This document shows, piece by piece, positions 42,768 through 51,911 of a stretch of DNA of 64,000 nt. The DNA is from a virus: the IMG/VR virus record IMGVR_UViG_3300015078_000001, positions 18,468 through 82,467 of that record; one strand, written 5' to 3'. The position numbers were made by a program, and so were the translations under genes. Under the pieces are notes generated by a model. That model made no database searches, was not told the origin of the DNA, and saw only the letters and a list, made by a program, of their open reading frames with translations. Each line of letters starts with the position of its first letter. Within the stretch, counting starts at the first letter, position 1.

Positions 42768-42849
42768 ACTCTTAATGTGCGTTCCGTGTTAAGAGTCGTA
42801 TCGCCCTAACGGAACTATGGTAGAGTCAGACCGGAAAGACTCAGGGGCG
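42768..42849 (+). ncRNA. Putative pseudoknotted RNA inside the tRNA cluster
   Basis: Three stems plus a 7-bp loop pairing GTTCCGT/ACGGAAC. Confidence 0.5.
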
Positions 42850-42855
42850 GCCTTT

Positions 42856-42967
42856 GGGAAGTTAGCTCAACTAGCAGAGCAGCTACAGCAAGACCTCTCC
42901 TATAGTTCATTACTATAGTGAAGTCCCTAGTGAAGAAGGTTACAGGTGCGAGTCCTCGTACTTCCCA
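42856..42967 (+). ncRNA. tRNA-like RNA with greatly extended anticodon arm
   Basis: GGGAAGT/ACTTCCC acceptor, GCTC/GAGC D stem and T-like arm, with about 60 nt in place of the anticodon/variable arm. Confidence 0.65.
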
Positions 42968-42972
42968 TCAAT

Positions 42973-43049
42973 GTGTAAGAAGCCAACGTAGTGAGGCGCA
43001 AGATTGTGGCTCTTGTCTATAGCGGACGCAAGTTCCGCCTTACACTCCA
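42973..43049 (+). tRNA. tRNA-His(GUG), atypical
   Basis: GTGTAAG/CTTACAC, U73, CCA; loop TTGTGGC; T loop CGCAAGT. Confidence 0.75.
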
Positions 43050-43082
43050 AATTCATGTCCATTTTCCGGACATAGGAGTAAT

Positions 43083-43340
43083 ATGCATATAAAACGATTC
43101 TTTTGCTTTGAATGCAGACCTTATAGATGGTTCCGTCGCAGAAGAGATTTAAAAAATCATATGATAGATGGTGCTCACCGAAGAGGTCAATATATGATGT
43201 TTCTTACTGAAAGAGCAATAATGAGAAAACATACTTCTGCGGCTAAATGGCTTAGAGTAGAGAACAAACGATCCGATCATTGGTTTGAGAATAGCGAAGT
43301 TTTAGAATTTAGGTGGTGGGGTAGAAGGAAAAAGAAATGA
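43083..43340 (+). CDS. Basic hypothetical protein
   Basis: 85-aa ORF with RBS immediately after a dyad site. Confidence 0.5.
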   Translation: MHIKRFFCFECRPYRWFRRRRDLKNHMIDGAHRRGQYMMFLTERAIMRKHTSAAKWLRVENKRSDHWFENSEVLEFRWWGRRKKK

Positions 43341-44347
43341 TAAACATCTCGATTGACTTTGAAAGCGCGTCATCTGTTGATCTATCCGTATGCGGCTTAG
43401 ATAGGTATGTTACAGATAAATCAACTAAAATTTTGATGATGGCGTATGCTTTTGAGGATGAATCTGTACAGATATGGGAACCGCACAAAGAGAAATTTCC
43501 TGACCGAGTATTGAAAGCTTTCTATGATTCTGAAGTAACTATATTTGGGTGGAATGTAAGCTTTGAACGGCAGATACTTGCATATTGTTTAGGTCATGAA
43601 CTTCCGTATGTTAAATTCAAAGATTCTATGGTCATGGCCCGGTATATGGCTTTACCAGGGTCGTTAGATGAATGCGGAAGTGTGTTAGGAATTGATACTA
43701 GCCTTCGGAAGATGCAGAATTCTGATAGATTGAAAGATATGTTTTGCCTACCAGCTAAAGAAGGTGGAGAAGAAACGCTTTTCGGTATATCTGAAGATGT
43801 GTTTCGTACACATGAAACTAATCCTGTTGAATGGCAGGATTTTGTCTCATACTGCAAACAAGACGTAGTTGCAGAACGTGCTATTAAGAACAGATTAAAG
43901 AACTTCCCTCTCCCTGAACATGAATGGGAGGCCTGGTACTTAGATCAGGAGATAAATGAGCGGGGAATAGCCGTAGATATGGAATTAGTTGAAGGTGGTA
44001 GCTATATTGCGGGTATAGATAAGCAAAGACAATTAGATAAAATACAATCTATTACTAAACTTGATAATCCTAACAGCCGAGATAAAATTCTTCAATGGTT
44101 AAGAGACCGTGGCTACCCTTTTCATGAATTAGGAAAAGCTTTCGTAGCTAGAGCTTTGGCTGAGAAAAATGAAATGACTGACGAAGCTAAAGATATTCTT
44201 TTATTAAGACAAAAATCAGCTAAAACTTCATCACAAAAACTTATCAATATAGCTAATCAAGTTAGTAATGACGGACGTTTACGCTTTCAATATAGTTTTA
44301 TGGGTGCGAGCCGAACCGGAAGATTTTCATCAGGAAGTGGAGAATGA
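43337..44347 (+). CDS. polA: DNA polymerase family A, N-terminal part (3'-5' exonuclease plus thumb)
   Basis: ISIDFES (ExoI), WNVSFER (ExoII), YCKQDVVAE (ExoIII); ends GASRTGRFSSGSGE. Confidence 0.88.
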   Translation: MINISIDFESASSVDLSVCGLDRYVTDKSTKILMMAYAFEDESVQIWEPHKEKFPDRVLKAFYDSEVTIFGWNVSFERQILAYCLGHELPYVKFKDSMVMARYMALPGSLDECGSVLGIDTSLRKMQNSDRLKDMFCLPAKEGGEETLFGISEDVFRTHETNPVEWQDFVSYCKQDVVAERAIKNRLKNFPLPEHEWEAWYLDQEINERGIAVDMELVEGGSYIAGIDKQRQLDKIQSITKLDNPNSRDKILQWLRDRGYPFHELGKAFVARALAEKNEMTDEAKDILLLRQKSAKTSSQKLINIANQVSNDGRLRFQYSFMGASRTGRFSSGSGE

Positions 44348-44532
44348 TACTTTACGCAGCAACTTATTACGAAACTGATGGGTATACCTATGGTGTAGAA
44401 ACAGTTCTAGCAATTTGTGATAGCAAAAGTAAAGCAGATGAAGTGTGTTTAAAAGATAACGAAGTTTATCCCGCAAGAGATTTAACCTATTATGAGGTTA
44501 AAGAATTCGAGATTAACCAACTGTGGGAATAA
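44344..44532 (+). CDS. Small ORF inserted within the polymerase gene
   Basis: 62 aa; ATGA overlap with the upstream stop and overlap with the downstream GTG start. Confidence 0.65.
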   Translation: MILYAATYYETDGYTYGVETVLAICDSKSKADEVCLKDNEVYPARDLTYYEVKEFEINQLWE

Positions 44533-45566
44533 ATGTTCAAAATTTAGTTCGACCAGGAAGTGAAGTATCTAAAAACTTAGAAGAAGCTATCTCTCTTGTG
44601 AAGGCAAAAGACCTTGAAGGTATTCAGAAAAGATTTAAAACTGAGCCGTTAGATTTAGTGGGAAGTCTTATCCGATCAGTTTTTGTCGCACCTAAAGGTA
44701 AAAAGCTAGTTATATGCGACTTATCGGCGGTTGAGAATAGAGTTTTAGCTTATATTTGCGACGCACCTTCTATCTTAAAAGTATTTCAAGATAAACTTGA
44801 TCCGTATGTATATTTTGCTGTTGATCTTTATAACGAACCATACGAAGTTTTGTTAAAAGATAAACAGAAAAGACAAAATGCTAAACCAGCAGTTTTGGGC
44901 GCAGGATACGGATTGTCTGGTGGAGAACAGATTACTTCCGATAATGGCGATATCGTTTTCACCGGACTCATGCAATATGGGCGTTCACTAGGAGTGGAGA
45001 TATCTAGGGAACTAGCTCACAAATCTGTAGAAGTATTTAGAGAGAAACATCATGAAGTGGTTAGTTGCTGGTATGCTTTAGAAAAAGCAGCTACTAAGTG
45101 CATTCTTACTAGACAGCCACAAATAGTCAATATAGTTAAATTTAGTATGGTAGAAGATGTTATGTGCATAACTCTTCCTAGTGGCAGAGATTTACACTAC
45201 GTTTCTCCTAGAATAATAGACGATGTTTGGCCTAATGGTAGAAAGAAAAAATCCATAGAGATTTTCGGTATGGATTTAGTTACTCATGTTTGGAACAGAA
45301 CTAGAACTTATGGTGCCAAAATTTTGGAAAATATTGACCAAGCTATATCGAGAGATTTGTTAGTAGAATCCATGTTTAATGCCCGAAAAATGGGATTTGA
45401 TATAGTTATGCATTCGCACGATGAGTTGGTAACAGAGGTAGAAAAAGATTCAAAACTAGGGATTGACCAACTACGTTCTTGTATGATACAATCTCCTATA
45501 TGGAGTAACTCTAATTTAATTTTAGACGCCGCTGGATTTGAATCAAAAATTTACAGAAAAGAGTGA
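44523..45566 (+). CDS. polA: DNA polymerase family A, C-terminal part (palm/fingers)
   Basis: INVQNL, motif A ICDLSAVENRVLA, motif B RQNAKPAVLGAGYG, motif C MHSHDELV. Confidence 0.9.
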   Translation: MGINVQNLVRPGSEVSKNLEEAISLVKAKDLEGIQKRFKTEPLDLVGSLIRSVFVAPKGKKLVICDLSAVENRVLAYICDAPSILKVFQDKLDPYVYFAVDLYNEPYEVLLKDKQKRQNAKPAVLGAGYGLSGGEQITSDNGDIVFTGLMQYGRSLGVEISRELAHKSVEVFREKHHEVVSCWYALEKAATKCILTRQPQIVNIVKFSMVEDVMCITLPSGRDLHYVSPRIIDDVWPNGRKKKSIEIFGMDLVTHVWNRTRTYGAKILENIDQAISRDLLVESMFNARKMGFDIVMHSHDELVTEVEKDSKLGIDQLRSCMIQSPIWSNSNLILDAAGFESKIYRKE

Positions 45567-45567
45567 T

Positions 45568-47311
45568 ATGAAACTTAAAAGTTTAATCGGAAAAACCATA
45601 GATAAACTAGAACTTAACACACAATCAGACGAATTTACCATCCATTTCACAGACGGATTGTATATTAAATTCGGAGTAGAAGGAGATTGTTGCTCCCATA
45701 GCTGGATTGAACACTTAACAGCCCCTAATGACGTACATGGTGCGGTAATAACGGATGTATTTGAAGGCGGTAGTGCGGCCTGGGATAACCATGAATGTGT
45801 AGATGGAAAAGATAAATACGGATATGTTACACACGTATGTGGTCATGACTGTCTACAGGTATATAATACTCAGTTTGATACGGATAGAGGGTCGATTATA
45901 TTAGAATATAGAAACGATTCTAATGGCTACTATGGTGGTAATTTAACACTTATTGACACTAATTTGCCTAAAAATGACGAAGATGACTGGAGTTGGAATT
46001 ATATCTCTTACTAATTCTGCCTATGTCCATTTACCGGACATAGAGGAGGAGAAAATGAGAAAAAGCTTAGTATTGTTATTTTGTTTAATACTTGTTATAT
46101 GTGGTTGTAATTCAGTAGGATACAAGCAATTCTATGTAAGGTCACACGGTAATGGGTACAGTGTATCTTGTCATCATTCTGGTGGAGACGTAGATATAAC
46201 TAAATCATTTGTTAGCCCTAAAGAAGCTCAGGATTTGGCTGAAAAATTAAATAAAGAAGTCGGAGATAACTGGGCCGCAAAGGACACGAATTAATATGAG
46301 AAAAGAAGTTCCGATAACAGATACTATAGTAGAAGCTACTTGCGATCTATGCGGCGATATACAAGAGTTTGTGGGTGACGTAGAAAAATGTCCGGGGTGT
46401 AAAAGAGATTTTTGCCGAAAAAATACTTGCTATAAATCCCTGTATCCATTAGACTATGTGTTCTCCTATCCTAACGCACTATGCTCCATATGCTATCCAA
46501 AAATAGATATGTTTATAGACAAAGCCAGGCAACTTCAAAAAGAATTAGACGACAAAATTTCTGCATTAAAAACTAATATAAAACAGGTGCTTAATTATGT
46601 CAAGTGAACCTAATGAACATATAAATAAATACGAGAAAGTAGAATTTGATTGCGGTACTACAGCTACTTTAACTCATATGTCTCCGCAGATGGCCCAACC
46701 TGTAGACCATGATTTCCTTGTAGGTGTAACTATAAATGCAGAACACAGCGGAGGACTTCGTATTCATAACGGCGTTTATACGGGTGAAGTACAAATGCTT
46801 TTTTATTTACGTAATATACCCGCTATTATACATATGCTACAGAGAATTTATAAATCGGGTATGGGTACACATTAATGAGTAAACTCAGCAGATGTACCAG
46901 ATGTGACAGAACTTCAGATGACGTTGAAACTATTCTAGACCCCGACGAGACATTTGAATCTTCTTTATGCTATTTTTGCAGAGTAGATTGGCAGAATTTG
47001 TTCGAAGAGTTTATAAACAATGAAATTTAGTTTGCTCGGAACCAAAGCCTCGTTATCTGGGAGAGGACTCACCCTTTGGTTTCGTGGAGGCGAAAATGAG
47101 TAAAGAACTAGAGTTACTACAAGAACTTGAAAAGCATCTACGAAATACTATACTAGAGGGCGAATTTGTACTTTTAAACACCGAAATTTTTATGTATGAT
47201 CCACCCAATTATGAAGAGTTTCGCGTAGAATCTTGTTATATCGGCGGATTAGAAAGTATCTTAGAGGAATTAGATGAAATACGACAGCAAAAAGAACCGC
47301 TGGAAAACTGA
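45568..47311 (+). CDS. Cluster of small hypothetical genes
   Basis: 45568-46014 (GDCCSHSW...NDSNGYYGG), 46055-46294 (lipoprotein-like), 46296-46607, 46597-46875. Confidence 0.55.
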
Positions 47312-47852
47312 CCGAAAAGTATTTGTAGCGAGTGACCATCATATAGGTCACAAGAATATCATAGAATATGACGGCAGACCGTTCAAAGATGTCCAGGAAA
47401 TGGACGAAATTCTGGTATTAAACCACAATAGTGTAGTATCTCCCAATGATGTAGTTATATTTGCCGGAGATTTTGCGTTAGGTAGTCTGGAACATGCTAG
47501 TAAGATAAGAGATAGATTGAACGGTGATATTTACATTACCTGGGGAAACCATGACGGTCACGCTCGTAACCTTCCCTGGAAGTCTTCAAGTGAGAGAATG
47601 GTAATAAAAGTACAAGGGTATCCTTGTATGGTTATATCTCACTATGCTCAGAGAACATGGTTAAAACAAAGTAAAGGGTATTGGCATCTGTATGGCCATT
47701 CTCACGGTAGTTTACCAGAAGATGGCTCGTTGTCTTTCGATATAGGGGTGAATAGTCACAACTACTATCCCTGGAGTATGGAAGAAATAGCAAAGAAAAT
47801 GAATACAAAACAGATAAAAATAGTCGATCATCACAAAGGAGATAAAGAATGA
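47274..47852 (+). CDS. Calcineurin-like metallophosphoesterase
   Basis: SDHHIGH, GDFA, GNHD and HLYGHSH. Confidence 0.9.
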   Translation: MKYDSKKNRWKTDRKVFVASDHHIGHKNIIEYDGRPFKDVQEMDEILVLNHNSVVSPNDVVIFAGDFALGSLEHASKIRDRLNGDIYITWGNHDGHARNLPWKSSSERMVIKVQGYPCMVISHYAQRTWLKQSKGYWHLYGHSHGSLPEDGSLSFDIGVNSHNYYPWSMEEIAKKMNTKQIKIVDHHKGDKE

Positions 47853-48076
47853 AAGTCACAAATAAATACGTATTTAATGAATTAGAATCAATTATTTCTA
47901 ATCTTAAAAGTGGGTATACGACCACATCAGATGCTCGCGTATCTTTAGCAACTCTTAGAGCGCAAGCTAAAGAAATTGGACTAGATTTGACAGTTCCTTC
48001 TGATACAGAACTTATATTGTTGTTCAACGTAGATGACGAAGATTACAATTCTAGTGAACCTTGGGGCAGCAGCTAA
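47849..48076 (+). CDS. Hypothetical protein (paralog of 48997-49218)
   Basis: Shared ELESI...QAKEIGxDLTxPS. Confidence 0.65.
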   Translation: MKVTNKYVFNELESIISNLKSGYTTTSDARVSLATLRAQAKEIGLDLTVPSDTELILLFNVDDEDYNSSEPWGSS

Positions 48077-49000
48077 ATGCTTATTATAGGGTCTACTGCA
48101 CTTAAGGAGGGTCTCAAGAAATACGGCCTGGAATTAGGCAGAGACCCTAAAGATTTTGATCTTATTTGTAGCTACAATGAAATGGAAGAATTTTGTCAGG
48201 AATATCAATCAATACCTGAAAAACTAGCCGATTATAAATGGCACGTAGTTCTTCCGCAGGGTTCTCATGTAGAATTTGAATTATTAGAGCGTAGTATATC
48301 CGGGCAGATGTATATAGAGTATATAAAGAAATTTAAAAATAACACTGTTCAGTCTACTATACAAAATAGATACTATGCTCCGTTAGAAGTAATGCTGTCT
48401 ATTAAGCGTAGCCATAGACACTATCCTCGACAATTTGACAAGCATATACGAGATTATTCTCTTATTAAAACAGTAATGCCTATAGATATATTAGATGGTA
48501 TTACTAAAATAAGAGAACAGGAAACAGCAGAAAGATACGGCAATTTAAAAACTCCATCACTGAATAAATCGGCTAAAGATTTCTTTACTGACAACGTGTC
48601 TAATCGTGTATTTATACACGATTAAATACATAAGATTATGGCGTATAACGATAATATTCCGATGTACGAACTATACAGTTTGGGTGACGGCACGGTAAAA
48701 TGCAGCAAAGACAAGTTCTTTGAGCTAGGGCATAATCAAAGAGTTATGGGTGTATTGGAAGAAGCGTATGTAATAGCATTAGAACGGGTACTTATACCCA
48801 TGATGTACCAAGGCGGGCCGCTATCTACTCCTGAGAAAGCATTTAAAGGGGCATTAATGAGAATCTGCACTACACTGACTTCAGGTTGGTTTAGAGATTT
48901 TGCTACAGAAAATTATGTAAATATATACAATACCTGTCGAAAAGACTATGCAGAATTATTCTTTGACGCAGTAGATTCGGGAAAGATTAAAAGAATATGA
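48077..49000 (+). pseudogene. Nucleotidyltransferase-like gene interrupted by one in-frame TAA at 48623-48625
   Basis: IIGSTAL...PKDFD N-terminus; the frame continues HD*IHKIMAY directly into 48638-49000. Confidence 0.55.
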
Positions 49001-49218
49001 ATCAAACTGTAACAAAAAGCTATATCTTTTACGAGATAGAATCTATTCTCTCTTATCTCAAAGCCGGATATTATACTACATATTGGAAAGCTTACGATAA
49101 ACTTAAAGAACTACAAATACAAGCTAAAGAAATTGGTATAGATTTAACTATTCCGTCCATAAAAGAACTGGAATTAGCGCAGGATATAGATTATTTAGAT
49201 AAGGAATCGGTATTATGA
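48997..49218 (+). CDS. Hypothetical protein (paralog of 47849-48076)
   Basis: Shared motifs as above. Confidence 0.65.
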   Translation: MNQTVTKSYIFYEIESILSYLKAGYYTTYWKAYDKLKELQIQAKEIGIDLTIPSIKELELAQDIDYLDKESVL

Positions 49219-49640
49219 AAGCTTTTTCAGGTATAAAAGCATTTCTATCCAATATGTACGTGGATAATGAAGGATTCTGCGTAGAATATAGATATCAAGC
49301 AGAAAAAGCTTGTAATGATGGGGATAGAGAATGGATATTATCCGCTAAAACTCCTTATGAAGCTAAGAAGAGGGGTAGAAAAGTACAAAAATGGGATAAA
49401 TTTGACGAGAATAAAGAAGCTATTATGTTGAAATGGACTCGTCGAAAGTATCAAAATCCCGAACTTAGACAAATGTTATTAGATACAGGCAACGAAACTT
49501 TGACCGAGTTTAATTATTGGCATGATACGTTTTTTGGGATATGTGACGGTACGTGTAGAAATCCTCACAAAGACCCCATAGGTGAAAATAGATTAGGTAA
49601 AATACTTATGCAGGTACGGGAGGAAATTAGAAATGCGTGA
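49215..49640 (+). CDS. NADAR (YbiA-like) family protein
   Basis: FLSNMY, YQAEK, LLDTG..L.E and GENRLGKILM. Confidence 0.88.
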   Translation: MKAFSGIKAFLSNMYVDNEGFCVEYRYQAEKACNDGDREWILSAKTPYEAKKRGRKVQKWDKFDENKEAIMLKWTRRKYQNPELRQMLLDTGNETLTEFNYWHDTFFGICDGTCRNPHKDPIGENRLGKILMQVREEIRNA

Positions 49641-50250
49641 AATAACAGTAGAACATCACATGGATAGAAGTATAGTTAGTTATGAAGGATCGGATAAAGA
49701 AATGAGAGGGGCGTCCTTTTGGGGCGCAGGTATGGTTGGTAGAGCTAATGACTATAAAGATTTTGTTGAAGATATGCTAGAATCAATAGAAGAAGATAAA
49801 TTAGAGTTACTATCTGACGGTGATTATGACTAGTTTATTTATCACTACTCAACACATATTTAGTGGTATATGTATATGCGGGCATAGCTGGTCAGCACAT
49901 CATGGTATGGTTATAGCAAATAGAGAAGCTTCTTTAGCTATGAAATCGGGTACCTGGTATTGTGAATGCCTGTATTTTGGCAGAAATGAGTACGAAGAAC
50001 CCTGTCCTTTCTGTCCCAGAGGATTTATAGATAAAGATGATCCGCTAAGAAACGAGAAAATAAATGAATGAATCCGATGTATACATATCCGCAGAAACAT
50101 TAAAAATCCTAAAACAAAATTTATACCCCTGGGTCATGGCGGCTGCTTTAAGCGACTTACCAATGCACATGGCTGTAGAAAGATATAGTCCGCACCGCAC
50201 CGAACGTATTAATAGTGCTTTTGGCACGATGTGCCGGGATTTTAAACGTA

Positions 50251-51183
50251 CTATTGATTCGCTTTTCGACAATAATTCCATATAATACCCGTCAAAGCTC
50301 CTAAATCACATCCACTATTAACAGAACTATACAGTGCAAGTTCACGAAGTGTGCTTGCCAGTGTGTCGTTCCCATACTTTAGTAATTGAAATCTCATAGA
50401 ACTGGATATCATAGTTCTGAGAGCGTTAGAATCAGAAGCTTTTGCTTTCAACAAGGCTTGAGACGCTAATGTCCATTTTCCGGACATGCAAGACGCTACG
50501 ATAGATTTCAATTCAGGGTCTGAATCTACATTCTGAACACATTCATCGGCAGGTAGTCCATTAGCATATAGCTCAGTACTACGAATGATATCTCTGGGCG
50601 CGGTCATACCTACAGATTGAATAGCATCCAGAATTTTATCTGAAGTCTCAAAACTATCCATCTTTATTAGAACTTTATCTACCAGAATTTGTATATCGTC
50701 TGAGTCTAAACCCTTTAGGTTGAACGACATACAACGATTACGTAACGCAGGTATCAGTTTTTGAGGATCGGTAGTAGTCACTATGAAAATAGTAGGGCTG
50801 TTCTTCTTCTCCATAGGTTCTAGCAATACATTCTGAGCGGCGTCAGTAAGTTGTTGAGCTTCGTTGAGAATGATTACCCGATAATTACCTACTAAGGGTA
50901 GATAGTCTGTACGAGACACAAGTTCTCTGATGTCGTCTATGCCCCTGGTATCGGCGGCATTAATACTCAATATTTCAGGTTCATCATCAAAATCTTTCCC
51001 CTGTACGAGTTTAGCTACGATGCCCGCTAATGTCGTTTTGCCCGTCCCAGAGGCACCGGAGAACATAAACGCGGTGGGAATGTTGCCGGACTCAATCTGG
51101 GCCTGTAAAGCCGCTACAACGTCTTTATTGCCGATTACCTGCGAGAAATTCTGGGGGCGGAGTTCGATAGTGAGATTTTGCAT
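50251..51183 (-). CDS. dnaX: DnaX (tau/gamma)-like clamp-loader AAA+ ATPase
   Basis: LRPQNFSQVIG, GASGTGKTT, INAADTRGIDDIREL, RVIILNEAQ and RNRC. Confidence 0.85.
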   Translation of the reverse strand: MQNLTIELRPQNFSQVIGNKDVVAALQAQIESGNIPTAFMFSGASGTGKTTLAGIVAKLVQGKDFDDEPEILSINAADTRGIDDIRELVSRTDYLPLVGNYRVIILNEAQQLTDAAQNVLLEPMEKKNSPTIFIVTTTDPQKLIPALRNRCMSFNLKGLDSDDIQILVDKVLIKMDSFETSDKILDAIQSVGMTAPRDIIRSTELYANGLPADECVQNVDSDPELKSIVASCMSGKWTLASQALLKAKASDSNALRTMISSSMRFQLLKYGNDTLASTLRELALYSSVNSGCDLGALTGIIWNYCRKANQ

Positions 51184-51188
51184 GAATT

Positions 51189-51238
51189 TCATTATAGCAC
51201 GGTCTGACGGTTTTGCAGCCGTTTGAGCGTGGTATAAT
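51189..51238. promoter_or_regulatory. Back-to-back extended -10 promoters
   Basis: TGcTATAAT on the minus strand (-10 at 51191-51196) and TGgTATAAT on the plus strand (-10 at 51233-51238). Confidence 0.7.
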
Positions 51239-51651
51239 GAACCAATGTCCATTTTCCGGACACGAGAGGCGATATGAAAATATACGTTATGTATGTAGAA
51301 TATGATTATGAAGGGTATAGCGACCCATCTTTAACCACCGACAGAGATAAAGCTGTAAAATTTATTAACTTTAACATGGGTGATGGTATGACTGTAGATG
51401 TATATGATACTATTCCCGATGAAGATATAAAACTTATTAAAAGTTACTTCCGTCGGGAAGAAGACAAATTAATAGAAGAAATGTTATGATATTAGTTTCT
51501 GACGAATGGTTAGAACGTATGGCTAAGTTAGAAGAAAATTCTGATGTATCGGCAGGTATACCGTGTGACTGTCCCTGCCACGATGATACGTGTACGGCAT
51601 ATAAAATTCTTAAAGATAGCATACCATTAGGTAAATGTAGTTGTTGTGAAT

Positions 51652-51725
51652 AGCCGGATCGTTCAATGGTAGGACGTAATCCTTTGGAGATTACTATAAG
51701 CGTTCGAATCGCTTTCCGGTTACCA
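51652..51725 (+). tRNA. tRNA-Gln(UUG)
   Basis: Cloverleaf; loop CTTTGGA; CCA. Confidence 0.9.
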
Positions 51726-51727
51726 AT

Positions 51728-51816
51728 GCAGGTTAGGCCGATACGGTTTAGCGGCGTGAGTCTGTAAAACTCATTTCCTTCGGGGAGTACAAGTCCGAAT
51801 CTTGTAACCTGCACCA
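51728..51816 (+). tRNA. tRNA-Tyr(GUA)
   Basis: Loop CTGTAAA; long variable arm; A73, CCA. Confidence 0.9.
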
Positions 51817-51824
51817 GTTTTTAC

Positions 51825-51911
51825 TTGGGGTTGGTGGAAAGGCAGACACACTAGTTTTAGGAACTAGCGGGAGAAATCCTATTAGGAGTTCAAATCTCCT
51901 ACCCCAAACCA
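51825..51911 (+). tRNA. tRNA-Leu(UAG)
   Basis: Loop TTTAGGA; long variable arm; A73, CCA. Confidence 0.9.

Noticed and set aside
42763-42850. Theta/HDV-like ribozyme after tRNA-Arg
   Set aside because: Helix order lacks the nested P3/L3 between the P2 and P1 strands that the HDV fold requires.
44342-44528. PolA insert as a group I/II intron or intein
   Set aside because: Too short, fully protein-coding in another frame, with no ribozyme core motifs; it contains stops relative to PolA, so it is not an intein.
48623-48625. Stop-codon reassignment of the genome
   Set aside because: TAA, TAG and TGA all terminate well-formed genes elsewhere, and there is no suppressor tRNA.
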